Shown: positions 1 through 9,417 of the stretch, piece by piece
Layout of the letters: every line of letters begins with the position of its first letter
Position numbering within the stretch: the stretch's first letter is position 1
NCBI GenBank assembly: GCA_036523395.1
Contig: DATDEH010000122.1
Span: 28,429-92,428 of the forward strand
Length of the DNA: 64,000 nucleotides
Reading direction: 5' to 3'
DNA from: Candidatus Limnocylindria bacterium
GTDB lineage: Bacteria; Chloroflexota; Limnocylindria; P2-11E
Made by a program: the position numbers and the translations under genes
Notes under the pieces: model-generated
The model's database searches: none
What the model saw: the letters and a program-made list of their open reading frames with translations, nothing else
Told to the model about the DNA's origin: nothing

Positions 1-1
1 C

Positions 2-913
2 GACGGCGCCTTCTTCAAGGGGAACGATCTCGCGGTCGTCGGCGGCGGCGACAGCGCGTTCCAGGAGGGTCTCTTCCTCACGCGCTTCGCGAAGAACCTG
101 CACGTCGTGCACCGGCGCAGCGAGTTCAAGGCGCAGGCGATCCTGCAGGACCGTCTGCTCGCAAAGGATCTGGTCCACGCCGTGACTCCGGCGACGGTCA
201 AGGAGATCGGCGGCGACGGCACAGCCGTGCGGTGGATGGACGTCGAACGCGCCGGAAAGGTCGAGCGCATCCCGGTCGAAGGCGTGTTCATCTTCATCGG
301 CTTCAAGCCGGTCGGCCGCGAGCTCTTCAAGGATCACATCGACCACGACAAGAACGGCTACCTCATCACCGACCAGTACATGCAGACGAGCATTCCCGGC
401 GTGTATGCCGCGGGCGACACGCGCGCGCAGCTCGCAAAACAGATCACGACCGCGGTCGGTGACGCGACGACGGCGGTGCTCCATGCGGAGCGTTACATCG
501 AGGAGCTGAAGGACATGGAGCGCGTCTTCCCCCAGGCCCCGCGCGAGGTCGTGGCCGAGACGGCAACGCATATGCGGATCCTCACGTTCCCGCCGGGCGC
601 GGCGGTCATCCGCGAAGGAGAGCGATCGGATCGGTTTTACGTCATCGCGAAGGGCGAGGCCGTCGTCGTCCAGCGCGGTCCGGATGGTGCCGAGCGCACC
701 TTGAACACGCTGCACACCGGCGACTACTTCGGCGAGGTCGGGCTCCTGAGCGGGCACAAGCGCAACGCGACCGTTCGAGCCAAGACATCCCTTGAGGTCC
801 TCGCGCTCGAGGACGACGCCTTCCGAAAGCTCGTGGCGAGCTCGCAAGCCACGGGTGATGAGATCGCCCGCGTCGCCGGATCGCGTCGCCACGAGGACGG
901 GGCCGCCGACTAG
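2..913 (+). CDS. 5'-partial pyridine-nucleotide-disulfide (thioredoxin-reductase-like) oxidoreductase fused to a C-terminal cyclic-nucleotide-binding (Crp-type effector) domain
   Basis: The ORF is open from the window edge (frame 2), so the listed 107..913 ORF is only its ATG-delimited tail. The N-part carries AVVGGGDSA (NAD(P) site) and GVYAAGD (FAD site), as in TrxB. From ~nt 540 it carries FYVIAKGEAVVV…GDYFGEVGLL…RNATVRA, a cNMP-binding beta-barrel. The frame is continuous throughout. Confidence 0.7.
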   Translation, partial: DGAFFKGNDLAVVGGGDSAFQEGLFLTRFAKNLHVVHRRSEFKAQAILQDRLLAKDLVHAVTPATVKEIGGDGTAVRWMDVERAGKVERIPVEGVFIFIGFKPVGRELFKDHIDHDKNGYLITDQYMQTSIPGVYAAGDTRAQLAKQITTAVGDATTAVLHAERYIEELKDMERVFPQAPREVVAETATHMRILTFPPGAAVIREGERSDRFYVIAKGEAVVVQRGPDGAERTLNTLHTGDYFGEVGLLSGHKRNATVRAKTSLEVLALEDDAFRKLVASSQATGDEIARVAGSRRHEDGAAD

Positions 914-929
914 GCCGCGATCGCGCGGG

Positions 930-1346
930 CTAGGCCGCGATCGGCGGAGCGAGCGCCTTCACGCTGGCGATGAGCTCGTTCAGGTCGAAGGGCTTCTGCA
1001 GCACGTTCCGGATGCCCCGCTTGCGGAACTCGGCCCCGTTCTCCTTCGACACCGCTGTCTCGAACATGACCGGCACACTGCGGAGCCGCTCGTCCCGGTG
1101 CAGGCGGTCGTACAGCTCGAGGCCGCTCATTCCCGGAAGGCCGACGTCGAGGACGAGGAGATCCGGCTTCACCTGCTCCATCGCATGCAGTGCATCGGTG
1201 GGCCGCGTCACATGGATCGCGTGATAACCCTCTTCGTCGTTGATCACGCCCGCAAGCAACTCGCCGATCGGCCTGTCGTCCTCGACGACGATGACGATCC
1301 GCGTGCGCGCGTGACCGCTTGCAACCATGCCTTCAAGGCTGCGCAC
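930..1346 (-). CDS. single-domain response-regulator receiver (CheY-like)
   Basis: IVIVVEDD acidic pocket, phospho-acceptor Asp in LLVLDVGLPGMSG, conserved T/K. There is no output domain. It is the last gene of the minus-strand operon. Confidence 0.75.
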   Translation of the reverse strand: MRSLEGMVASGHARTRIVIVVEDDRPIGELLAGVINDEEGYHAIHVTRPTDALHAMEQVKPDLLVLDVGLPGMSGLELYDRLHRDERLRSVPVMFETAVSKENGAEFRKRGIRNVLQKPFDLNELIASVKALAPPIAA

Positions 1347-1469
1347 GGCGTGCCACGCCCTGGGATCGCTACGCCGGTAGTGCGTGGTTACTGCAACGGT
1401 CGTGTATCGGCGGACAGGGACACTTTGCGCGCGGCGATCATCTCAGCACGAAGATGGCGTGTTTTCGAG

Positions 1470-1862
1470 TTATCGGTCTTTATGCGTGCGCTTAGCGTGC
1501 GGGGGCAGATATTGATCGATCACGGCGCGGAGCTGCTCCGGGTAATACGGCTTCGCGAGGAATCCATCGCACCCCGCGGCGATCGCGCGCTCACGATCCG
1601 GTGGTGTCGCGGACGCCGAGACAGCGACCATCCGCAGGTCTTTGCCCCACGTCTCTCTGCGCACAGCGCGCGCGAACGCGTAGCCATCGAGCCGCGGAAT
1701 GTGCAAGTCGAGGAGGATCAGCTGTGGATGCGTCGCCTGCGCGACCGCGAACGCGGTCTCGCCGTCCATCGTCGTGATGGGCTCGTGGCGGGCCAGCCGC
1801 ACGATGCGGAGTGCGAGGTCCATGCTCGATGCGTCATCTTCGACGATGAGGATGCGGGCCAT
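1470..1862 (-). CDS. single-domain response-regulator receiver (CheY-like)
   Basis: MARILIVEDD…LILLDLHIPRLDG…AVSA…K, a canonical REC fold. Its ATG overlaps the stop of the upstream NYN gene (TGATG at 1860-1864). Confidence 0.75.
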   Translation of the reverse strand: MARILIVEDDASSMDLALRIVRLARHEPITTMDGETAFAVAQATHPQLILLDLHIPRLDGYAFARAVRRETWGKDLRMVAVSASATPPDRERAIAAGCDGFLAKPYYPEQLRAVIDQYLPPHAKRTHKDR

Positions 1863-3583
1863 CAGTCGGCTGCTTCCGTCCCCGTTCCCGCGGCCGTCGT
1901 CTTGTTGCGCCCGCGTCCACCGCGACGCCTTCCGCCGCGCGACCCGCGTCGCGTGCGCTTGCGTGGCAGGGCAGGCGTTCCGTTCGTAACTGGACCACTC
2001 GCCGGCGCCGCTAGCGCTGGCGCGGGCTCGCCCTCGTCCTGGTCGTCGGTCTCCGACGCGGCAGTAGTCACCGTCACGACGCGCTCGACAGCATCGCCGT
2101 TCAGGCCGCCAAATTCTCCGAGGACGGTACGCGCTTCCGGGTGGTCGCGTGTGACGACGAAGCCGGCCTTCTTGCCGTGGTCCTCGGGCTTCATGATCCC
2201 GCGCTCCACGGCGCTGCGGATGTTCGACTCGAGCGCGTCGCCCTCCACTCGCGACAGGAGCTCCGCGAACAATGCGGCATTGACCCAGTCCGCGCGGTCG
2301 CCGCGTGCACGTGTCGTGCTGACGAAGTTGAAGAGGTGCGCGATCGCAGCAGCCGGCTGACGTGCGTACATGACGAGCGGATGGTCATCGACGAGCCAGC
2401 ACATCGTGATCTCGCGCCCATCGCGCTGGACCGACTCGCTCTGGATCGCGCCGCGCTCCTCGGCGATGTTGAAGAGCGTCTCCAGCAGAACGCGACGCTG
2501 CGTCCGACCACGCGCGATACCGCCCGGCTGGTCCGCGCGCGAGAGCGGATCGAGGACGGCCTCGACGACCGGTACGCGCTTGGTGTCTTTCGTGACGGTG
2601 TTGATGCGACGGAGGAGGCGCACGAAGTGGAAGTAGGTCTCAGCGACGAGCGGGGAGCTGAAGTTCGGCGAGAGCAGCTGCTTCGCCTTTGCGCGCATGC
2701 GGCCCTCGAGCTTCGCCTCGATGTGGTGCTGTTCGATCGCCGCGTCGATCCTCTCCTCGAGGACGCTGGACGCTTCCTTCTCGGAGAGCGGCACGACCGA
2801 GCGGACGAAGTCGCCGCGGGCCATCGATGAGGCATGAGTCGCCACCAGCTGGTCGAGCAGGAGGACCGCGAGTCGCCGCTGTTCCTTATCGGATTCGGGC
2901 GCCGCGGTGGGAACGACGGCCGGCACGACCGGCGGCGTTGCTCGTATCGCGCGCCCTCCGCCACCGCGGCCGCTGCCGCCCCGCCGAGCGCGCGTACGCG
3001 CAGCGGCGGGCTCTTCGGGACGCCGCTCTTCCTTCCCGAACTGCGTGTCGTCGGCGCGCAGGCCTCCGCGAGTCCAGCGGGCCTCGGGTATCAGGTCCTC
3101 GAGCAGGAACACGTCGTCGCGAAGGTGCGGGGACTCACGGAGCTCGTTGGCGAGAGAAAGATCGCCCGCGACGAGATAGACCTTCTTGTCTTCGTCCTTG
3201 AGCGCCTTGCACAGGGCGTTGAGATCGCGGTCACCGGAAACGATGAACCAGACCTCGATGTCCGGACGATCCTTGTAGAGGAGCTTCATCGCGCGCGTGA
3301 TCAGGACCGCGTCGGACCGGCCTTTGAGGAGCCGGCCGCTCATGCGCTGCGCCACCGGGATCGGCTCCATGCCGGTGAACTCGAGCGCCATGAGCAGCGT
3401 CTCGTCCTGCATCGCGACCTCCTGTCCGAAGATCGCGAGCTTCACGCGGACGGGGCCGAATTCGGCGGCTTTCTTGAGGATCGCCTGCAGGATCGCGAGT
3501 GATGACGGCAGCGGTCCTGTGGTGTGCTGCCGCAGCGTGTAGTAGACGTTCTCCCAGTCAATGAGGAGAGCGACGTCGGGCAA
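1862..3583 (-). CDS. NYN-domain (PIN-like ribonuclease, LabA-type) protein with Arg/Gly-rich linkers and a ~300-aa C-terminal domain
   Basis: LLIDWENVYYT…VSGDRDLNAL…VAGD is the NYN/LabA signature. A TTG at 3583-3581 is preceded by GGAGA (3590-3594), giving a ~574-aa product. The listed 1154-aa ORF 1862..5326 is a high-GC run-through that would overlap tldD. The RG-rich tails (…RRGGSGRGGGGR…, …[15 protein letters not shown]…) flank a central helical region. Confidence 0.6.
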   Translation of the reverse strand: MPDVALLIDWENVYYTLRQHTTGPLPSSLAILQAILKKAAEFGPVRVKLAIFGQEVAMQDETLLMALEFTGMEPIPVAQRMSGRLLKGRSDAVLITRAMKLLYKDRPDIEVWFIVSGDRDLNALCKALKDEDKKVYLVAGDLSLANELRESPHLRDDVFLLEDLIPEARWTRGGLRADDTQFGKEERRPEEPAAARTRARRGGSGRGGGGRAIRATPPVVPAVVPTAAPESDKEQRRLAVLLLDQLVATHASSMARGDFVRSVVPLSEKEASSVLEERIDAAIEQHHIEAKLEGRMRAKAKQLLSPNFSSPLVAETYFHFVRLLRRINTVTKDTKRVPVVEAVLDPLSRADQPGGIARGRTQRRVLLETLFNIAEERGAIQSESVQRDGREITMCWLVDDHPLVMYARQPAAAIAHLFNFVSTTRARGDRADWVNAALFAELLSRVEGDALESNIRSAVERGIMKPEDHGKKAGFVVTRDHPEARTVLGEFGGLNGDAVERVVTVTTAASETDDQDEGEPAPALAAPASGPVTNGTPALPRKRTRRGSRGGRRRGGRGRNKTTAAGTGTEAAD

Positions 3584-3883
3584 AGGGGTTCTCCTATGGA
3601 GCGCACACGCCGCCCGACCCGTTCGCGGACCCCTCCCGGAGTCACGCGCTAGTTGCTCACCCTCGTCCCAAACGCTCCTTGGCTCACGAGATCCGTGATG
3701 CCGAGGCGCGGCCGGTACGCGAGCGCGTCCCTCACGAACGCATTGGTCGTCGCGCGCGCCGTTTTGTTCTGATCCGAAGTGTACCCGAGAGGACCACGGG
3801 TCCGCACTCTGTAATCGGGCAGCTCCTGCTGCCCTCATCTGTTTGGCGTGTGGCCTTCGGCCACGCCACAGTAATCTTCGCCG

Positions 3884-5320
3884 GTGCCCGAGCGCGACTC
3901 CCAGCTGTCGGATCTCGTGGAGCTCGGCGCGCGGCGGGGCGCGGCTTACGCCGACGCGCGGCACGTCGAGCGCGAATTCGAGGCCGTCTCCGTGCGCGAT
4001 GGCGAGGTCGAATCGGTCACGCGATCGGGTGATCGCGGCATCGGCTTCCGAGTCGTGCACCGGGGCGCGTGGGGCTTCGCCGCGACCGATCGCGTCGACG
4101 AGTCGTCGCTCCGCACCATCGTTGACGAGGCCTTTGCGCGTGCCGAGGCCGCGGCGAGCACACGGACGCGCCAGGTGACGCTCGCGCCGGTCGCACCGCA
4201 GCGCGGCGAGTACCGGACCACGCTCGAGCGTGATCCGTTCGCCGTCCCGGTAGCCGAGCGGATCGCGCTGCTGCGGGCCGCCGACGCCAACCTGAAAGGT
4301 CCGCATGCGGTGTCGCGCCGCGGGAGTATCGCCGCGTACCGCACGCGCAAGCATCTCGTGACCAGCGAGGGCACCGACGTGCGGCAGGAGATCGTCGAGT
4401 CCGGCGCCGGCGTGAGCGTCACGGCGGTGAAAGCCGGCGCGAAGCCGGCGCAGCGCTACGACGGCCGCCTCACGCGCCAGGCCGGGTGGGAGTTCATCGA
4501 GCACCTCGATCTCGCCGGCCGTGCCGCCCGCTATCGCGACGACGCCGAGGCGATGCTCGACGCGCCGCTTGCCGCGGAGCGCCCCACGACGCTCGTCTTC
4601 ACGCCCGAGTTCCTCGCCCTGCTCGTGCACGAGTCCTGCGGTCATCCGACCGAGGCCGACCGCGTGCTCGAGTACGAGGTCGCGTTCGCGGGCACGACCT
4701 TCATGTGGCCGAAGGATCGCGGCGCGCTCCGCTACGGTTCTGAGCACGTGTCGATGACCGCCGACGCGACGGTCCCCGGCGGCATGGGCACGTTCGGGTG
4801 GGACGACGACGGCGTCCCGGCGATGCGCACGAAGCTCATCGACCGCGGCACGTTCGTGGGCTATCTCACGTCGCGTGAAACGGCGGCCGCGCTCGGCGTG
4901 CCGGTCGCGATCGGATCCGCGCGCGCCGAGGGCTGGCAGCACTTTCCCATCGTGCGCATGGTGAACGTCAGCCTGGACCCCGGGAGGCAGAGCTACGACG
5001 CGCTCATCAAAGGGGTGGCGGAAGGCCTGCTGATGGAGTCGCCCGCCTCGTATTCGCTCGACGACAAACGCCAGAACTTCCACTTCTCGACGCAGTCCGC
5101 GCGCGTGATCCGGAACGGTGTGCTCGAGGGCTACGCGCGCGGCGTCTCGTTCCAGTCGCTGACTCCCGCGTTCTGGGGACGCTGCGACGGCGTCGCCGAC
5201 GACTGGGAGCTGCACGGCTTCCTCTCGTGTGCCAAGGGCGAGCCGCTGCAGCTCATGCGCGTCGGGCACGGCGCCGCGCACGCACGCTTTCGCGACGTGC
5301 CGATCGAGGTCCGCGGATGA
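3884..5320 (+). CDS. tldD: TldD-family metallopeptidase/modulator
   Basis: HESCGH zinc motif, GADYAD.R N-terminus and ~480-aa length. It is paired with a pmbA homolog downstream. Confidence 0.8.
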   Translation: MPERDSQLSDLVELGARRGAAYADARHVEREFEAVSVRDGEVESVTRSGDRGIGFRVVHRGAWGFAATDRVDESSLRTIVDEAFARAEAAASTRTRQVTLAPVAPQRGEYRTTLERDPFAVPVAERIALLRAADANLKGPHAVSRRGSIAAYRTRKHLVTSEGTDVRQEIVESGAGVSVTAVKAGAKPAQRYDGRLTRQAGWEFIEHLDLAGRAARYRDDAEAMLDAPLAAERPTTLVFTPEFLALLVHESCGHPTEADRVLEYEVAFAGTTFMWPKDRGALRYGSEHVSMTADATVPGGMGTFGWDDDGVPAMRTKLIDRGTFVGYLTSRETAAALGVPVAIGSARAEGWQHFPIVRMVNVSLDPGRQSYDALIKGVAEGLLMESPASYSLDDKRQNFHFSTQSARVIRNGVLEGYARGVSFQSLTPAFWGRCDGVADDWELHGFLSCAKGEPLQLMRVGHGAAHARFRDVPIEVRG

Positions 5321-6681
5321 CCGCACGCGGCCGCGACGCGATGCTCGCGCCGCTCCAGGACGCGCTGCGCGACGCGAAGGGCGACGAGGCCGAGCTGTGG
5401 GTCCATCGCCGCCGCTCGGCGATCACCCGGTACGCGAAGAACGAGATCCACCAGAACGCCGTCGCCGACGAGACGCACGCGCAGGCTCGAGTCATCGTCG
5501 GAAAGGCCATGGGGATCGCGAGCGGGAACTCGCTCGACCCCGCTGAGCTGCGGCGTCTCGTTGGCGACGCCGCCGCGGCAGCGCGCGAGAGCGCACCGAA
5601 CGCCGAGTGGCCCGGCCTCTCCGAGCCCGGCCCGGCGTCGGAGCCGAGGTCGTATGACGCCGACACCGCACGAGCGGATGCGGCGGACCAGGCCGATGCG
5701 ATCAAGCGCATCACCGCCGCGGCGAAGGCGCGTGGCTTCCGGGCCGCAGGCACGCACCAGATCGAGCTCACTGAGGATTCGCTCGCGAACACGAACGGCG
5801 TCGGGAGGTATGCGCCGAGCACGATGGCCTACCTGCGGGCGCTGGTCACGAGCGACACCGGGACGGGTTGGGCGGAGGATCTCGGCTGGAGCACACGCTC
5901 GCTCGATGCCGACGGCGTGGCAGCACGCGCGATCGAGAAGGCCGCGCTCAATCGGGACCGCACGCAGCTCCCGCCGGGCGACTACGAAGCGGTGTTCGAG
6001 GAGCTCGCGGTCGCGGAGGTCCTGCGTTTCATGTCCTTGACCGGGCTCACCGGGCTGACGCTCAAGGACGGCCGCTCGTTCATGAAGGACCGGTTCGGTG
6101 AGCAGGTGACAGGTCAGCGCTTCTCGCTGTGGGACGACGGGCTCGACGACCGAACGCTCGCGATCCCTTTCGACGTCGAGGGCACACCCAGGCAACGCGT
6201 CGCACTGGTCGAGACCGGCGTCGCGAAGGGCGTCGTCCATGACCGTCAGTCCGCGAAGTGGTTCAACACGCGTTCCACCGGGCACGCAGCGGATCCGCGG
6301 CGTTACGGAGTCGGCGGCCATGCTGGAAATCTGACGATGGCCGGCGGCGACGCGAAGCGCGAGCAGCTGATCCGCGCGGTGAAGCGCGGCGTGCTCATCA
6401 CCCGCTTCCACTACACGAACACGCCCGACCCCAAGCGTGCGACGATGACGGGGACCACACGCGACGGCACGTTCCTCATCGAAGACGGCCGCATCACGCG
6501 CGCCCTTGCGAACGTCCGGTACACCATGAGCGCGCTCGACCTGTTCGCGGGCATCGACCTGCTGGGGCCGCAGCGGCTCGCGCGCGACTGGTGGTCGTCC
6601 AACGGGATGGGCTCGATCGTGTGCCTCTGCCCGCCGATGAAGGTGTCGCGCGCGACCATCACTGGCTCGAGCCCGATCTAA
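5317..6681 (+). CDS. pmbA: PmbA/TldE-family protein
   Basis: ATG 5317 overlaps the tldD stop (ATGA). It has TldD/PmbA-fold conservation (…RFHYTNT…). The listed ORF start 5227 is upstream run-through. Confidence 0.75.
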   Translation: MTARGRDAMLAPLQDALRDAKGDEAELWVHRRRSAITRYAKNEIHQNAVADETHAQARVIVGKAMGIASGNSLDPAELRRLVGDAAAAARESAPNAEWPGLSEPGPASEPRSYDADTARADAADQADAIKRITAAAKARGFRAAGTHQIELTEDSLANTNGVGRYAPSTMAYLRALVTSDTGTGWAEDLGWSTRSLDADGVAARAIEKAALNRDRTQLPPGDYEAVFEELAVAEVLRFMSLTGLTGLTLKDGRSFMKDRFGEQVTGQRFSLWDDGLDDRTLAIPFDVEGTPRQRVALVETGVAKGVVHDRQSAKWFNTRSTGHAADPRRYGVGGHAGNLTMAGGDAKREQLIRAVKRGVLITRFHYTNTPDPKRATMTGTTRDGTFLIEDGRITRALANVRYTMSALDLFAGIDLLGPQRLARDWWSSNGMGSIVCLCPPMKVSRATITGSSPI

Positions 6682-6805
6682 CGCTCGGCCGTTACTCACT
6701 CGCCACGGCCTCGTTGCGGAAGCGCATGACTGGGCTCTAACGCGGCGAGCAGTCGGGCTCCGCGAATGCTCGTACGGCGTCGATTTCCGAGAAGAGGTGT
6801 TGACC

Positions 6806-7549
6806 ATGGACGCGATGCTTACCGCATTCCTTCTCGCACTGCCATCGATCGTCGGCGCGCTCCTGCTGCTCGTCATCGGCTGGATCGTCGCCGGCATCGT
6901 GGGCGGACTCGTCACGCGACTGCTCCGCAAGGTCGGTCTGGACACGCTCGCCACGAAGGCGGGCATCACCGCCTTCCTGCAACGCGCCAAGATGAAGCTC
7001 GACGCCGCCGGACTCGTCGGCGGCATCATCACCTGGTACGTGCGCCTCATCTTCGTGATCATGGCCGCGAACGCGGTCGGGATCACCGCGGTGAGCTCGG
7101 TGCTCAACCAGATCATCGGGTTCATTCCGAACCTGCTGGTCGCCCTGTTCATCCTCGGCGTGTTCGCGTGGCTCGCGGGCGTGACCCGCAATCTCGTCAG
7201 CGGTGCCGCTGAGAGTGCCGGCGTGCAGAACTCCGGTGCGCTCGCGATGCTCGCATACGCCACAGTGCTCGGCTTCGGCATCGTCGCGGCCGCATCGCAG
7301 ATCGGCGTCGCCGCGACGCTGATCAACATCCTGTTCACCGGCGTCGTCGCGGCCGTCGCGCTCGCGTTCGCTCTGGCTTTCGGGCTCGGAGGTCGCGATG
7401 AGGCCGCGAGGATCCTCCGTGACATGCGGGTCCAGGCGACTTCCGCCACGGAGCGGGTGGACACAGCCGCAGTGCCGGCTGGTGACGGCCACCCAGAATC
7501 GATCGCCGCGGAGCGAATGCGCCGCGACGAGCTCATGCGGAGGAGCTGA
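6806..7549 (+). CDS. multi-pass membrane protein with repeated TM-helix modules (MscS-associated 'TM_helix'-like)
   Basis: Four or five hydrophobic helices with repeated G-rich motifs. ATG 6806 sits ~9 nt after GAGAAGAGG. GTG 6797 and TTG 6800 are alternative starts. Confidence 0.5.
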   Translation: MDAMLTAFLLALPSIVGALLLLVIGWIVAGIVGGLVTRLLRKVGLDTLATKAGITAFLQRAKMKLDAAGLVGGIITWYVRLIFVIMAANAVGITAVSSVLNQIIGFIPNLLVALFILGVFAWLAGVTRNLVSGAAESAGVQNSGALAMLAYATVLGFGIVAAASQIGVAATLINILFTGVVAAVALAFALAFGLGGRDEAARILRDMRVQATSATERVDTAAVPAGDGHPESIAAERMRRDELMRRS

Positions 7550-7612
7550 TCGACACAGCGCGCGAGTGGACCGGCAGCGTTGGGCTTGCCGGTCCACTCG
7601 GCGCTAGCATCC

Positions 7613-8176
7613 ATGGCGCCCATGCGCCGCGGCGCGATCGTCCTGAGCGCGACGGTCCTCGTGAACTGCGGCGGGGCCGCGTCTATCAACAGCGAGCCAA
7701 GTCGGGTTATCGCGCTCGACATGAGCGACTTCTTCTTCTCTCCAGCGGTGGCAGAAGTGCGCCCCGGCGAGCGCATCACGTTCGCGCTGAGGAACTTCGG
7801 GCTCTACGAGCATGAATTCATGGCCGGGCGCGAAGCTGTGCCGGGGAAGGGCTACGCCGCGGACTGGCTCGCGGCGGGAAGCGCGGACGCCGCAAGCGGT
7901 CACGAGATGGGTCACCCGGGCCTCGGCGTCCGCGTCGCCCCGAATGGGACGGCGACGGTCACGGTCGTCGTGCCGGCGGATGTCGGCGAGTTCGAGTTCG
8001 GCTGCTTCATCGCGGGGCATTACGAGAGCGGCATGAAGGGGAAGCTCGTCGTGGTGTCGAATCGCGGTCCTGTTACGCCGGCGACCGGCGCGCCCTCGAA
8101 GAGCGGGGCACCCACGCCGAGCGCGACGCTCCATCCGATGGGATCGATGGGGGCTGACGACGGCGAAGGCCATTAG
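7613..8176 (+). CDS. cupredoxin (blue-copper, plastocyanin/azurin-like) lipoprotein
   Basis: Lipobox LVNCGG after MAPMRRGAIVLSATV. Type-1 copper ligands in …H…GCFIAGHYESGMKGKLVV (Cys-His-Met). Confidence 0.7.
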   Translation: MAPMRRGAIVLSATVLVNCGGAASINSEPSRVIALDMSDFFFSPAVAEVRPGERITFALRNFGLYEHEFMAGREAVPGKGYAADWLAAGSADAASGHEMGHPGLGVRVAPNGTATVTVVVPADVGEFEFGCFIAGHYESGMKGKLVVVSNRGPVTPATGAPSKSGAPTPSATLHPMGSMGADDGEGH

Positions 8177-8273
8177 CGCCGGATGCCGCGATGACTGAGC
8201 TGTCGCTCCCGTTCCTGGACGTTCGCTGAGCCGCTCGACCATCGCGGGTTTCGGAGCCGGACTGGGTCTCATC

Positions 8274-8681
8274 GTGCTTTTTGGCGGTCTCTGGCTGAGC
8301 CTGGGCTCGCCGATCACGTGGCCGAGCGCGGTGCGCTTGGCGCTACAGGAGCGGCGAGGAGAGCAGATCTACAACGCCAACTGCCTCAGCTGTCACCTCG
8401 GTCCGACCGGTGGGACCATCGAGGACGACCCGCCCCGTCATAACGCCAACGGGCATACCTGGCACCACCCGGATTGCGCGCTGAGACGGATGGTCCGCGA
8501 GGGTTCGGCCGGGATATCCGAAGTCGGCAGGCCGGCCGTGCCGATGCAGCCATTCAAAGATCGCCTGTCGTCCGAGGACATCGATGCCGTGCTCGCGTAT
8601 ATCAAGACGATGTGGCTGCCTTGGCAGCAGCAGGCCCAGGCGACTTTCACGCACGAGATGTGCTTCGAAACTGGCGCCTGA
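8274..8681 (+). CDS. class-I c-type cytochrome (membrane-anchored)
   Basis: CLSCH haem-binding motif, an N-terminal hydrophobic anchor, and a Met ligand region (PMQPFKD…). The exact start is uncertain (GTG). Confidence 0.65.
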   Translation: MLFGGLWLSLGSPITWPSAVRLALQERRGEQIYNANCLSCHLGPTGGTIEDDPPRHNANGHTWHHPDCALRRMVREGSAGISEVGRPAVPMQPFKDRLSSEDIDAVLAYIKTMWLPWQQQAQATFTHEMCFETGA

Positions 8682-8721
8682 GCGCTTCGTGCGGCATCCC
8701 GCCGCGCACGAGCAGCGAAAC

Positions 8722-9261
8722 CTAACGATCCACCGTGCCGGTCGCGAGAGCCTGCAGATAGCGGACGACCTCCCAGCGCTGCGTCTCCGATAGCGTGTCC
8801 TTCCACGCCGGCATGCCCGTGCCGGCAACTCCGTTGGTGATCCAGTAGTAGACCTCGCCGGGCGCGTGCTGCGGGACGTGCAGCTGCAAATTGACCGGCT
8901 TCGGATTCAGCACGAACGCCTGCGGACCATCGCCGAGCGCACGCGGTCCGTGGCAGATCGCACAGTTCGCCTGGAACGCCGCACGTCCTGAGTCGATCGA
9001 CTGACGAGTGTCCGGCGTGGGGTTCTGCACGAAGCGCGCGGTGAATGGGACTGCCGGAGTTGGGATGTTCGGCGCGACCGTGAACGCAAGCGCGTACGAC
9101 ACGACGACGAGCACACCCAGTACGCCGGCACTGATGGCGAAGCGCCGCCACTCTCCGCCGCGGTAGCGCATGACGAGCGCGAGCACGACGAAGACCACGG
9201 CGCCACCGATGAGGAACTGAGCGATGTCCTGCAGACCCTGACGAGAGATCGGGAAGATCAC
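8722..9261 (-). CDS. class-I c-type cytochrome, N-terminal TM anchors
   Basis: CAICH motif, two N-terminal TM helices, GTGMPAW Met-ligand region. GTG start at 9261. Confidence 0.7.
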   Translation of the reverse strand: MIFPISRQGLQDIAQFLIGGAVVFVVLALVMRYRGGEWRRFAISAGVLGVLVVVSYALAFTVAPNIPTPAVPFTARFVQNPTPDTRQSIDSGRAAFQANCAICHGPRALGDGPQAFVLNPKPVNLQLHVPQHAPGEVYYWITNGVAGTGMPAWKDTLSETQRWEVVRYLQALATGTVDR

Positions 9262-9389
9262 TTGCTCTTCTCCTTCGGCTTACGCGAGGACCACACGTAC
9301 AGGGCGATGAGAATGATGAGCGGCAGCCCGAACTCGAGGATCTCGTCGAGCCAGGTGCCGGTCGCACCGTGGGGAAGAACAGAGAGCAC
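9258..9389 (-). CDS. small (≈44–58 aa) single-TM protein translationally coupled to the cytochrome c
   Basis: The frame encodes …TWLDEILEFGLPLIILIALYVWSSRKPKEKSK*. Its stop overlaps the cytochrome GTG start (GTGA). Only GTG/TTG starts are available and there is no clear SD. Confidence 0.3.
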   Translation of the reverse strand: MLSVLPHGATGTWLDEILEFGLPLIILIALYVWSSRKPKEKSK

Positions 9390-9417
9390 GACGACGCGAT
9401 AATGCCGGACGCCGATC

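Noticed and set aside
3845-3871. Hairpin GGCGTGTGGCC-ttcg-GCCACGCC just upstream of the tldD start
   Set aside because: It could be an attenuator or operator, but it is a single short GC hairpin in 70 % GC DNA with no U-tract and no duplicate elsewhere in the window. Evidence is insufficient.
1862-5326. 1154-aa minus-strand ORF
   Set aside because: Its upstream 580 codons have no protein-like features and overlap the well-supported tldD gene on the opposite strand. A TTG with a GGAGA SD at 3583 gives a sensible 574-aa NYN protein. This is high-GC ORF run-through.
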